From Eledone cirrhosa (Eukaryota): a stretch of DNA of 64,000 bases. The position numbers were made by a program, and so were the translations under genes. The notes beneath the pieces were generated by a model, which did no database searches, was not told the DNA's origin, and saw only the letters and a list, made by a program, of their open reading frames with translations. The stretch spans positions 41,106,001 to 41,170,000 of the forward strand of contig OZ024745.1 in NCBI GenBank assembly GCA_964016885.1, read 5' to 3'. Shown in pieces: positions 42,725 to 56,499 of this stretch (positions are counted from its first letter, which is position 1; each line of letters starts with the position of its first letter).

Positions 42725-43869
42725 ATGTGTATACATATACGTACGTGTGTGGGTGTATGTATGTACACATAGATATGTGTGTGTGTGTGCAATTTTGTAT
42801 GCGTAGACATAGGTAGTGGTAGATACCTTTATACGTTGGCGCCCGCATAGTAGTAATTTGTTGACCAGGTTTGGGGGATGGACAGGTCACGCGTGACCTG
42901 TTCAGCCCCCAAACCTGGTCAGTGGACGTATTTGACTGGTCAAAGGAGGGCGGTGACGCCTGGAATTCTAAACCAATGATAGGCCGTATCAACAGGATGT
43001 TGTCAATTGTCGAGGATGGAACGGATCGAATATTTTCAATCGGATGAAATGCCTTGAAAACGCTAAACATATCTGAGGACCTTGCGAATGCAGAGTCAGG
43101 TTCGATCTGTAATAGATCCTGCCTTGAGCTGATCGTCGGGAAAAACATATGTAATGTCTTAATAAATTGTGTTTTGATGCATCACCGATTTCTCGTTATC
43201 TATAATAATACACACTGCTCTGCGCGGCATCGAGTGCTCAAACGGCATACCTCCCACGAACGCATTTATTGCAACCATACAACAACTACATATATATATA
43301 TATATATATATATAAATGAAAAAAACGGCGTGCTACGTTGAGGTATCTGGTCTTTAATGCGAAGAAATATCGATGATAGTCAGAAGATCACTGATGATGG
43401 ACAATCCCGTTTCTCGCTCTATTTTTCATTTATATATATATATATATTGGTAAAAGGAAAAGAAAATGCTGACAAATTGTTCCCAGTGAAAAATAATTTA
43501 ATTAGGAATAAATAAAAATTAGTAATAAGTATTTGTTAGTATTCAGTTTTAGTTTTAAGTTATTACTGGTTGCGCATTTTTAATGCTTTTCAAAAATAAT
43601 TTTGAGATAGAGCGCCCGTGATGTTTGCTCTAATCTGATTAGCTTTGGAAATTCTACCTGTTTTATGTAAAAAAAGTGGCTCCAGAGGTATTAAAATAAG
43701 TTTCGCGCTAATTCGTGTTGCGAAAATTCTTCTGGTCAAAACAATTTTGATTGGTCGGTAGACGTCACGTGAATGTTAAAAATTGATGTTGCGCCAAATG
43801 TAGGTTTGTCGAAGAGTGTCCTGTTTCGCCTGATTGAGAAGTCACTGAAAAATAAGTATTTTAAGACAA

Positions 43870-43907
<38 letters not shown>

Positions 43908-44021
43908 TAAAGAGGTTCATTGTTGTGATAATGGTCAGTAGGGATGTGTGTGTGAATTGCAGTCATGTTGAAAGGTAACCAGTTCAGGTGCCTATTAAGA
44001 CAAATATGTGTGCGTGTGTGT

Positions 44022-44053
<32 letters not shown>

Positions 44054-44699
44054 AGCAGAGTAATTCATGGTAGAGGGATCGGTCAGTAGGAATGTGTCTG
44101 TACGTGTGTGGGGGATATTTTAACATATTGAAAGATATTTTTCAGCTCTTGTCTTATACGGAGAAGTGTGTGTGTGTGTGTGTGTATATGTCTCTTTGTA
44201 TGTTAGTGTATGTGTGTGTATATATGTGTGTGTGTGTATGTGTGTATGTGTGTGTGGGGGGGGGGTCAGTATTTTTGTGATACTGATAAAAATGGTGTAC
44301 ATTATTCGATATTTTCACCAAAAACGATTCTCTCAAGAGAACATCAAAAACATTAATAATAAAAGGGGTGAAATGATATATAGTATTGTCATAACACCAT
44401 GGTGTGTGTGAGTGTCAAGATTGTACGTACTGCAAGGGGAATCCATTAGGCCCTGCCGTATTGGAATACTTGTGTACAAATATATATGTGCCCATCAGTG
44501 TGCAATGCATGTGTGCGTATATGTATGTGTGTGTGTCGGCACGTTTATATCTATAGACATCAAAAGGTATGCAAATTTGTGTATATTTGTGTTGCACCAT
44601 AGAACATGTGTGTTTACGTATGTCATTGTGTTTATATGTGGATAGAGATGTATGTAGGATATATGCTGATGTAGGTATGTATGTTGACGTGTGTATGTT

Positions 44700-46535
44700 G
44701 TGGGTTCGTCTTAGGGAGAAGTGTTTAGGCGGGGTCCGTATTTGTTAATAAAGTGAGATTCCTTGCTGATGCGCTGGGTGAGGGTGGTATTATCTTTAAA
44801 TTTGTAGAGGGGAAAGATTCTAAAGTTGGGATGATTTTGGGCGGCACAGGTATCAATGTGTTCACTCAGTGGTATGTTCCTGTATTCCCGTATTTTAATT
44901 TGGGATCTATGGACAGTCATGCGTTGGCGGAGGCTGTTTTTGGTCTGGCCTATGTATTATTCTCGACAACCTGAGCAAATTAATACATATATTAGATTTT
45001 CTGATGCGCATATGAAATTGTGTTTTACTATAAAACGTTGTCCTTTTTGAAATAGAATTCCGAACCCTCTATTAGGTTGATGCATATGCCACAGTTGGGT
45101 CTATCGCATTTTTTTACTGTGGGTTTCGTTGTTGTGGTTAGCAGTACTTTGGCATGTGTTAGGATGTTTTTCATTGACTTAGATTGTCTTTTGCTCTTTA
45201 TGATATCGTGTGTTCGAAGGATTTAGTTCATTCTATGGTCCTTTTTTAACACAGGGATGTTCTGGAGGATGATGCCAAAGGCCTCATTGTTGAGGGGATT
45301 ATGTTGGAGATGTATGGAAGAGCTTTTAGTTTCGGGTGATTTACTTTAGGGTGTCTAAGGTCCTGGGTACTGAGTTTTAGGGCACGCTGAATTCCATTAT
45401 CAATTAGTGATGCAGGGTAGTCCCTGCCTATGAGTGTGTCCTTTAGTTATTGTAGCCGTAAGTAACAGGTGTTTTTATTGGAGACTATAGTACAGATTCT
45501 CTTGGCTAAGTTGTAGGGAATATTAATTTTAACGTGTCTAGGGTGGCAAGAGTTGAAAGGAAGATATTGCTTGGAGTCTGTGGGCTTGTAGTATATGTCT
45601 GTTTCTATTTTTTTGTTATGAATCTTAATGAGGATGTCGAGGAAGGGGAGTTGTTGATGGCTGGATTCCATCGTAAAGTTAATATTTGTGTTGAGCCCAT
45701 TTATAAGGTTGTGAAATTCTTTAAGTTTCTCGATGTTTTCGTGCCAAAGGATGAAGCAGTCATCTAGATATCGCTTCCAGTTATTTTCTATGTGTAAGTG
45801 GAGAGTGTTTCCAAATTTGTTTAGTACTTTAGTGTAGAGGGTGATTTCCAGGTATCCCATGACTAGGTTGGCATAAGTGCGGGCTGTTTTCGTTCCCATA
45901 GCGGTCCCAGATTTCTGCCTGTAGGATTTGTTATTGAAAACGAAGTAATTGTTCTCCAAGATAAATTTGAGTCCCTCTATCACGAATTCTTTTTTGATGC
46001 GTTGTGGGAGTTCATTGTGGTAATTATTCAGCCAGAATTGGATAGCTTCTATTTCTAGGTTGTGGGGGATGTTGGTTGACTACATCGAACGTCACTAGTA
46101 GGGTTTGTTCAGAAAGGGGCATATTAGGGATGTGATTGAGCATATCTAGGACGTCCCTTATATAGCCTTTGATCTGTTTGAGAAAAGGCTTGAGAAGGGT
46201 ATCAATGTAGTTGCTAAGGCGGTGGGTTTCGCAAGCGGGGCCTGCTATTATAGCTCTTAATTTGAGATCATTGGGTGAGGGGACATTGATGACTATGTCT
46301 GTGGCTTCCTTGCATGCCTTACTTATTAATTCGCTTTTATGTACTTTAGCTATACCGTAGAAAAGGCTGGATTTACTTGTGAAGTCTGTGATGAAGCTGA
46401 ATTCCTAGTTAGTGAGTCCTTCTTTGTATTGGTTGATCAGAGTTTTTAGGTTTCTCATAATTTTCTGTTGATTGTAGTGTTCAGCCTTTTCGTAGCATGT
46501 TTCGTTTTCCAAAGTGGAGAGCGCTAAGTTGATAT
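44700..46535 (-). mobile_element. 5'-truncated Neptune-like PLE (RT, Cys linker, GIY-YIG); 3' UTR probably extends to about 43450
   Basis: GTAMGT..YANL, RYLDD, LPFLD, YYKPTD..SCHP; linker KCDRPNCGIC; NLIYVLICSGC..YIGQT..RMTVH; KESHFINKY. Confidence 0.9.
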
Positions 46536-46801
46536 AGTATATATATATATATATAAATAGAATAGCTTTCACCGTATTTTTTTTACTAAAGACATTTTAG
46601 TCTGATAATGGGGTTTAGAACCCTCAGATAACTGGAAAAAGATGAGTATTGATGTACGTACATCAATACTCATCTTTTTCCATTTATCTGAGGGTTCTAA
46701 ACCCCATTATCAGACTAAAATTTATTTAGTCAAAAATCTAAGGTGAAAGCTATTCTATTTCTAATTTCAAACCTGCTCACTATTTCAAAACATACTTACT
46801 T

Positions 46802-46923
<122 letters not shown>

Positions 46924-46947
46924 TATATACATACACACACACACACA

Positions 46948-46979
<32 letters not shown>

Positions 46980-49501
46980 GTTCTCAGTATACTATAGATA
47001 GTTATGAGTTGTTATTCACTCTGATGTTAGGAAAACCAGTAAGCAATTTCTGACGAGGTAATAAAAATGATGAAACTAATGAGATTGAGATTTTTTCTGG
47101 CCACGGCGAAAAGCAAAATACATGTGTTATAACCACGATGTATACTCAGAGTATCTGTATGAACAGAATCTCTTATTCACTAAAAATTCAAGATCGCATA
47201 ATCAATTCACATTATTTCAATTAATAAATCATTAAATCATTTCAATAAATATTCAACGCAACAAAAATGTTTGTTTTCACACATACGCCGTCTCATCTAC
47301 AACTATCTATCTCACCTATACACTACGTATCTTCACCCTCTATTGCCTCATGATCGACTAAGCAGTCGTCTCATGCAGTATTTTGTCATATCATAATCCA
47401 AAATGCTTTACTAAAACCAATATCATTTTTTACTTAATATTTCTATCATTTCTTGTAATTTTATTCTTTTCTTGGCGAAGGACAACTGTCGAAATCTCCT
47501 CTATTTCTTCTCTATGTTTCTAATTATATTGACTTTGTAGTCTTATTCGTTGTTCTGTTGTTGCTTTTGTTTCTGTTTTGCTACGTGATTTCAATTCGAT
47601 AAAACATTTTTCATGTATTTCTTTAATTTCCATAATAAATCTAATAACATTTTTTTCTGGATATATAATAATATTTTCTTTAATGCGAATTTATTAAAGT
47701 GCTCTTCATACAAAATGGCATGGCGTGGCATGGTATGGAATTTATGTATAAAAAGGTTCTCCGCCTTGTTCTAACATCTTTTTATCGTGTACTAGTGGGA
47801 GTGTTTTATTGGAGTTATGGTCAACTGCATTTTAGTCTCCAAACGGCAATGAGGAAATAAAATATGAGTTCAATCACTAGTCAATAATTAGGATTAAATT
47901 GATCACATATAACAAATGAAGCTGACTATAATATTAAGGACCGGTTAAAATAGGATTTTTTTATTCCGCTAAGCAATAAATTTTCTTCACCTCTCTAATA
48001 CATTTGACGTTTGATTTCCATTATTACCGTACAGATTTCCATGTAGGTTGCTTCCGTAATTGCTTACGCTGTTAGTAATTGAGCACTCATATATGATTGA
48101 ATATCATTCTGTTTGATATATGATTTTTAAAAGATAATGTGCAAATGATATATTGTAACAGTGTAAAGTGCCTGACGTGAACAATATGGTGTTTATTTTG
48201 TGGCTTATCAATGTATGAAGTCGGTTTCTCTGCCCTAGGTGTTGAGAAGACACTCGGCAAGAAATGGAAACAAAACTGAAGGAAAGGAAAACCAAATCCC
48301 AATAATAATAAAGCACATTTTCCTTATCTGCTCAATATACTACTTAATCTACTAGTTAAAGCTTTCGTCAATATTTTATTGATCCTCTTACACTTTCGAC
48401 GATGAAGATTATATTGTTCGATCAGCTGAACATTTAACACTTGAATTATCATGTTTGTGGTGGCATATTTCACATACTAGTGTATTCTTAGCAAAATTCC
48501 CAAACCAAATCAATGTTACACAGTTTTGAACAAGGATGGCTAAGGATCTTCCTGTCAAGCCTGGTTTTAATATCATATTTCCACATACAATTTGTGTCAA
48601 AGCTTGGTTTCACTCAGGGATATCTCAAAGAAACTTGTTTATGATGGGAACGAACCTGGAATCATCCATTGATCTAAGCTTGCGTCCAACATACTCTTAA
48701 TATAAAGACACTACTGTATTAATAATTTTCATAAACAGTTTTTTTTGTGTTTTTTCAATGATGTAACGACATAGGTTAAATAAATATTATCCATTGTTGT
48801 AAATCCTAATCAATTTGGTTTGAATTTTGATACTTTTAATTAATTCTAAATAAATATTGCGACTTAATAGTTTTTAGCTCTTAATCGAAACAAAAACCTA
48901 AACTAAGCAATTATGTTCAGCGAAATATAAATGTTTCTTTTACTTTCGCTTTGTTTTGGTCTATTTTTTCCATAAATTTAAATAACTAACTTTAAAACCA
49001 AAAATATAAATAAAATTATAGCAACGATTTTGCACACGCATATACATACATAAATGTGGAGGGAAGAATTGGTATGAGTGAGTGTGCGTATGTATATTTG
49101 TGTGCGAATCTATATATTAACATATATATATATATGCACAAAAGCACATACATGCATACATATATACCAGGCACAGACTCACATACGTATTTAACACTTT
49201 CTCTGTTAAACGTGCAATGATTTTATCGTGTCGAATGCTGTTAGAATCACAGTTTTATAGAATATGACATTCCTCTGTCCGATCAGCAAGTAGATTATTG
49301 TATTATATTACACATTTTTAGTTAAGTCAAATCTTGACTTACAGTTGTTTTCCATTATACATACACACATACACACACACATACATATATATATATATTT
49401 ATATATATATTTGTTTATATATATATGTATTTATATATATATATGTGTGTGTGTGTATTTATATTTATATATATTTATATATATTTATATATATTTATAC
49501 T

Positions 49502-49582
<81 letters not shown>

Positions 49583-49613
49583 TCACCCAAATATATATAT
49601 ATATATGTATTTA

Positions 49614-49646
<33 letters not shown>

Positions 49647-50129
49647 GTTTTTATTTATATTGTATATATACACGCATATAGAACTTACGTGCGTGACAGT
49701 AAGCGTATGCGTGAGGTAAGGTGTGAGTATGTCTGTGTATGTAAGCTTTTGAAATTGTATACCAGATCTTTTCTTCGGTATATTTATTTTATATCTAATA
49801 CTTCCCCTTAATCTTCTCTTCTACAGCTACTCACTTAACAAATTACAATGTACTCACAACTCAATTCTAATTTACACAAAGTAGAGAAAATATAATCCAA
49901 TTATTTCTCTTTAACTTTGTATCATTCTTTTTATTGGACGTTACTCTCGTGGGCTTAATTTCAATTTCTAGAAAAATGTTTAACGGCGTCGCACTTGTGA
50001 AATGAACAAAATATGAATTCGTGGCCATCGATTAGAATTGGTGTAAAGTCTTTCAAATATACAGCAATATATCTTGTTTGAGGTTAATTGAAATGAGAGC
50101 CAAAATAATGACAAATGTGTGTCGCCCAC

Positions 50130-51495
50130 AAACGTTTTTTTTTTCTATTTACTCGAATTAAGTCTGTTGCCAGATATTGCTCTAATTTCTGTTCTTATGA
50201 TAATATTTATTCTTCCGTCTCTCCAGCAGTCTCAGAAGAGCCATTGTCTATACACGTCCCCCTGGAACATTAATTTTATGCATATACATATGCAGCGTAA
50301 TAAACAGCAAGCCGTGTGAGAGCTCTATATCAGGGGGAGAGATCTATATTCCCATGGTAAAGATATTATACAATATGATCTAGGCTGACATCTGGTTTCA
50401 CATTCGTAACGATTATTTTCTCGGAATTAATATAACTTTACATTTGCCCAGTACTTCTCAGGCCTCAATGTTTTGAATGGCGGATCAGAAGTATGAAGAA
50501 AATATTGTATGTAATTTTTAGGAGACAAAATTGACAAACCAAAACAAGAACTTATCAGTTTACCTTATTGACTTTGATATCATTTTGTGTATTTTGTGGG
50601 AAGTAACAAATAAGACTACATACACTTAGTGATCAATGTTTTTTTCAAATTAGAGAAATATTAATTATGACATTTCTAAAATTAGAGCCCGGAATTCCCT
50701 AGAGGCAATTTTGTTATATGCTAGAGGAGTTTATGGAAGCAACTACTATATATTTGGTAAAGTATATGAGTATAGGTGAAAGGCATTCTGAAGGTCAAGC
50801 ACAATATTTCCGTCTGTTGACTTGGCTGATGTGGCTGAGATGTCGTTTTATCAAACAAATAGCAAATATTTCATAAAAGAGAAGATGTTCAGATCTCAAT
50901 CTAGGAATGTAAGTATTCCTTAAGAGAGTACAGTCCCGGAACAATTACGATTTTTTTAGTTGTGCAAAGCACGCATATCTTAAATCAATTAGTTTAGGGT
51001 TTAGATTTTTCAAGAACTTCATGTAATATTGACAAATGTCCTTTGCTAAAGCTGTATACATTATCCTTCATGAGACATTCTAGTAACATAAATGTTTAAA
51101 TGTTCCTTCTACTTTCTAACATATCGTGGTACGGTCAGGTCTTGATGTAATGAGAAATCAACTTTTCTTTTGTATGAACATCCTGTTTCCTCCTGATTTG
51201 GGGGTCATACTCTTATAAATATGTCCATGCTAGCGGCGCAAGAATAACTGAATTTGCTATACATGTGCTATGTTGGGAATTTCTTTTCTACTGGATCAAT
51301 GATTCCTTAGAATCCCAAGTTATATAACATAGATATTAGATCTTTTCGGAAGGATTAACATAGGTAACAGATGAACAGAGATGCTTTCAAATCTTAATAT
51401 ACAATCCATGATAGATCGGGAGATTCTCTAGATTTAAACAGTATTGTCTGTCTTTTAGACATGCTAGTTGTATTGTTTAGATCTTCGTCAATCTG
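50130..51495 (-). pseudogene. Possible heavily decayed glycosyltransferase (GT92-like) exon
   Basis: Repeat-free tract after an acceptor-like TTCTTTTTTTCAG; fragments G.LTFLD*.L..KYLLFV-D.D and KCKVILIPRK, in GT92-like order, with many stops. Confidence 0.25.
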
Positions 51496-54325
51496 AAAAA
51501 AAGAACTACAATTGAAATCAACAAAATTCACAGTCATAAAAATCATCCTAGATATAAAGACGTCGAGAATCGACAAACGTGGTTATAAAGCATAAAATAA
51601 ATAAACAGAACCAACAATAAATTAATAAACAGAACATCTTAGTAATAAACTATCTGGTATACACCAGAGGCATTTTACTGTGGTTGTGGTGGTGTTTATA
51701 CAAAAGAGAAAAACAAAGCTTGCATGCAATTACAAAATTAGCAAGAAGAAGAAGAAGAAATAACGTGGTTTGAAATACTCCAGGATTAATTGTAATCAAT
51801 CCCATAGCATTAATCATTATCATTACTATTCTTATTATTGTTTATATTTATATCATTATGATTTTTATTTATGATTGTAATAATAATTATTGTCATTATG
51901 ATTTTTTTTTTCTTTCTTTTCAGTTTCATGGTTACAAACTTTCAAAGTATTTATTATTATTATTATTATTTGAATCTGTTTTTAATTACAATTATGTAAA
52001 CTTTAATGTCATTGTGTTTTTCTCCTCCCAGTACTTAGGGAAACATTCTCACAATATATTATCTTGTCCATATGATTATCTGAACAAAGCTGATTAGAAT
52101 GTCCATGCACTATTCAGCTGATGGTATTGCAATTTTCATCTGTTATCATTTTTCAATATCACAAGTTACAATAATAATAATAATAGTAACAACAACAACA
52201 ACAACAACAATAGTAATAATAATATCGTTGCTATATAAATTGATGTAATTATTAAAATAAATGCTTCAAATTACATATTTAATATATTTTTTACGGCAAA
52301 GTAACAGAGATCGTTTATGTAAAGTTACGGATTTGATAAACGTATTGCACTCAAAATATTTCTTTTAAATTACCCACTTTTTTATTTTCAATTGATTTTT
52401 TTGTCCTGTATATTTAACTTGTGGAAGCACGAGGCCTAGTGATAATGGCGTTGGACTTACAATCATAATATCATAGATTCGATTTTTTGAAATTATATTG
52501 GAAACGGGATAAGAACCAACCTGATAAGCCTCTGGGTTCGAAACAAACTTTAGATATTTAACTTATATGTTCTAATATTAGCGAATTGACAAGCTCGTTA
52601 GTATATCGGCCTTTTTCCAGCTATTTGAGCTCCAAGTGCAAATCCTGTCGAATTTCCCTTTGCCTTTCATCCTTTTGGGCTTTCGGGATCGATGAATAAG
52701 TCTGAATGGATGAATCGTTAAAGGGTAAGACATGATGTTTGCAATATTTGGTCTGGTTCTGTGAATTTTTTGTTCAAATCTCGTCTTCTTCTGCCTGGAA
52801 TGGCAACAGGCAGATAGTATAAGTAATGAAAAGACCAAAGGAAACATTGTTTCTTTGTTCCAATCTGACAATCGGCTCTTTTCTAATGCCATTATAATCA
52901 CACATTCTTATTCCTGAATATCTGTAAACATAAAGCTGATTCCTCGTGTATATAGAGCCAAAAATCCAATATTAGACAGCTGAGATTAGGTTCTCTTTAT
53001 CTTCTGTCACTAGCAGCCGTACGCTGACTTGAACAGGTTCATTAATACTAAAAATACATGTAACCATGGAAACTTATTGAATTTAGTATAAATTGATTTG
53101 AAAATATTTTGACAATCTTCAGTTGTTCCGTGAAGATTGATTCACCCAGAAGTGTCACTTCTAAGCTATATGGATGAGTGTTCAGTTTCAACATATACAA
53201 ATATTGAACCTAAAATAAAATGTTGCTGTTATCTTTTCTTTTCCTGGAATACAGGTTTTTTTTTTATATTGTACTGAGATATAAAATTACTCTAAATGAT
53301 TTATGTTTTCAAATCTATATTTTGACGCTTCTAAAAAAAGCAAATTTTACAAAAGCTTACATAAGTGTGATCTTCTGATAACATTGGAGGTCTGAAAAAA
53401 AATCGACTGCGTCAATAGAAAATGGTAGCCTACAACTTGGTGCAAATAAATACATTCACTTAAATAAATTTTAACTGAGTCAATCTTATTAAAGATTGAG
53501 TACAATGACATATGTTTAGATATTCAATTGCAAACCCATTGCGTCGCCGTTCTGAGAACGAAAATCTTGGAGGAAGATCACTGCTTCTTATTAGATATTG
53601 ACATGTGACAACCACTAACGCGAAATTATACAAAGACGAATAAAAGCAAGAATTTGAGATAAATAGTGAAAATTTAAGTGGACGTATAACATGCTAGAAA
53701 TAACCACCAAATATGTTTTAAAAGTAACTATGACGCAGGATAAATAATTACATAAATATATAACAATTCATTTTCAAAGAGAATGAAATTTGGGCAAGCT
53801 ATATTGTTGCAGACATCAAATACAGTGAGTAAATATATGACCGAAGATTATTGAAGAAAGAATAGTCTAGATATACCATGCATTGATTACCAAAATATCT
53901 TGATATTGTCCGCACACGTGTATGATGGAAATATTACGCATGACTAAGGTAGTAACATAAGTTAATACGTGTTTTTAAGTGCAAAAGCTTCTGCATATAA
54001 AAAGTTAAAATATTATATTTCTAGTAGAAGTATATTCCAATGAGACGAGAACAAAAAAAGTGGAAACACTGCAAATGAATTTATATGAAATCAGACTTAC
54101 AAACTGTGCTAGGAAATACTTAAAGTATAGAGAAATTAAAACCCGATGTGGGTTTAGATAAAGAATCCGAGATAAAAGTATTAGATAAAACGCAAACCTA
54201 CATGTATTTGCGAACTAATTAGCAACATAAAACACATGAATATGAGAATTGTTTCAACATAGCGTATCAGATTATACCATAAGACTTACAAATCAAAGAG
54301 ACACAGAGAAAAGCACACAATAATA

Positions 54326-54402
<77 letters not shown>

Positions 54403-54440
54403 TTATTAGTTGTGAAATAAACAACATAAGATAATTATTT

Positions 54441-54497
54441 CATTTACCAGTGGTTTCTTGAAGGCACATATTGTGTATGTCTTCAGTAGTCAGAATG
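54441..54497 (-). ncRNA. Decayed hammerhead, same family as 21034
   Basis: Core reads CTGACTA (G8 mutated); flanks match 21034 and 37332. Confidence 0.6.
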
Positions 54498-54915
54498 AAT
54501 AAATAACATGGTGTTTTTATTAAATATGGATTTGAAAAGAAAATTTAGGAAATATGAAAGTGAGGCTGAAAAAAACGGGCAAAAAGGAAATAGGGGAAAA
54601 AAATATTAAAAATATATATATAAAAAAATAAATGTCCAGAACATAAACATACACACACTCAACTACGCGCATATACGTACTAGTACGTAGGCATATACTT
54701 TCTAACATAAGCGTATTTGCGTCTACATAGAAATACGAACAGGAACATAAATACATACACATACATATACACAGAAATATATGCACTCAAATATGTACAC
54801 ACAAATACACACGCACACATATAAAAAGGGGATGTACACACACATATAAACAAACATACAAACACAAAAACACAAAAACACAAAGCACTATACATACGCG
54901 CACGTGTATATAAAC

Positions 54916-54955
<40 letters not shown>

Positions 54956-55022
54956 GTACACATACATACCCATGATGATGGCTGCCCCCTCGTTATCGAG
55001 TATGGCCATTGCACGAGAAGAA

Positions 55023-55066
<44 letters not shown>

Positions 55067-55506
55067 TGGTGGCTGCCAACTCGTTTTCGAGTACGGCCAC
55101 TACTTTATATCCATGTAGGAGAACCCCTACCGAAGCGCTGAACGAGTGTGACTTTTTAGTCCAGCCAGCGACTTGAAAACTCTGGTACAAACACTACACT
55201 TGTGACAATTATTGACACATAGTGCTGGGCCCATGGTACCATGTGACGACAAGTGCAGAGAGATCTCCAGACATAAAGCAATGCCTGTGCCGTGAAGCTT
55301 TTATAGTGAGCAAAGGCACTGCACAAAGCCAGTCCCACTCTCTTAACCATGATGATATTTACCAAAAAGAAGAACAAGTCAACATCATTGGATACCATCA
55401 GGGTTGCAGGTGTTATATCAGAGTTTTCCTTCTCCTAGAATTCTGCCTTGACAATTCTCCTTGACAAAGGCTAAGGGGTCATCTCATTGCATATATATAT
55501 ACACAC

Positions 55507-55563
<57 letters not shown>

Positions 55564-55568
<5 letters not shown>

Positions 55569-55959
55569 CTGCCATGTCCTGCGTCTCCAACAGACCAGTG
55601 TCTGTCCTTAGGGCATCAACATACGTTAACCTTGGTCTTCCTCTTCTAGTGTATCCATGTAAGGGCTCCCAAAGGAGCACTGAGTGCAATGTCAACTCTG
55701 GATGTCGGTGAGCATGTCCAGCTAACCTCAGTCTCCTCTGTGTCACTTTTGAGCTGACTTTTGGGATGCTCCCATACAGCTCTGTGTTTTTCATCCTCAG
55801 TGTATACTGATTAATGTTCAGAGCCATCCTCAGCATTCTCGTGTAGCACCCATCCAACATCTGAGTGAGTTTCAGGATATGGCAGCGATAATGAGGGACA
55901 GAGACCGCTGGAGAGAACTCGTCCATGGATCTCGGGAATTGTACCTGCCTTAGAATAGA

Positions 55960-55960
<1 letters not shown>
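55564..55960. mobile_element. RTE-clade LINE 3' fragment with a 5' inversion
   Basis: Minus: LDGCYTRMLRMALN..RRLRLAGH..RGRPRLTYVD..QDMAAI. Plus from 55873: QDMAAIMRDRDRWRELVHGSRELYLP* followed by TAGAATAGAA. Confidence 0.8.
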
Positions 55961-55997
<37 letters not shown>

Positions 55998-56113
55998 CAT
56001 GCACATACATACATTCACATACATGCATACATGCACAAGCACGTATCAATATGTGTGAGTCATTGGGAAGTAGTTTGACGGAAATACTTCATTTACACAC
56101 ACACACACACTCT

Positions 56114-56193
<80 letters not shown>

Positions 56194-56322
56194 AAAGTTC
56201 TATTTAAATTGTCGCGATACAACAAGCAAACATTTTTATAACTGATATAAAGCACTCAACAAATAATTGGAGTAAAAATAAGATATTAACAAATGGAATC
56301 TATGTTTATAAAACCATATTTA

Positions 56323-56384
56323 TTTCATTATACATATTTCAAGGACACCAAGTTAAATTATGGTGTGCTTTCATCAGATAAAAT
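56323..56384 (-). ncRNA. Hammerhead in a solo Naiad-like pLTR (about 56190-56450)
   Basis: Minus strand: TTTTAT-CTGATGA-AAGCACACCA..TGGTGTCCTT-GAAA-TATG-TA-TAATGAAA. Downstream TTGTTGAGTGCTTT is shared with 18522. Confidence 0.7.
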
Positions 56385-56499
56385 ATAATATAGAACAGTT
56401 TTATAAATAAATATTGACATACCCTTAAAGAATGCAACCATTAATGTTGGATGCTCCCGGATATATATATATATATGTGGGTGTGTATGTCTCTCTTTC

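Noticed and set aside
42837-42846. TGGCGCCCG as a tRNA-Lys primer-binding site
   Set aside because: No upstream LTR or gag sequence; the block is homologous to the 12255-12465 hammerhead-like family.
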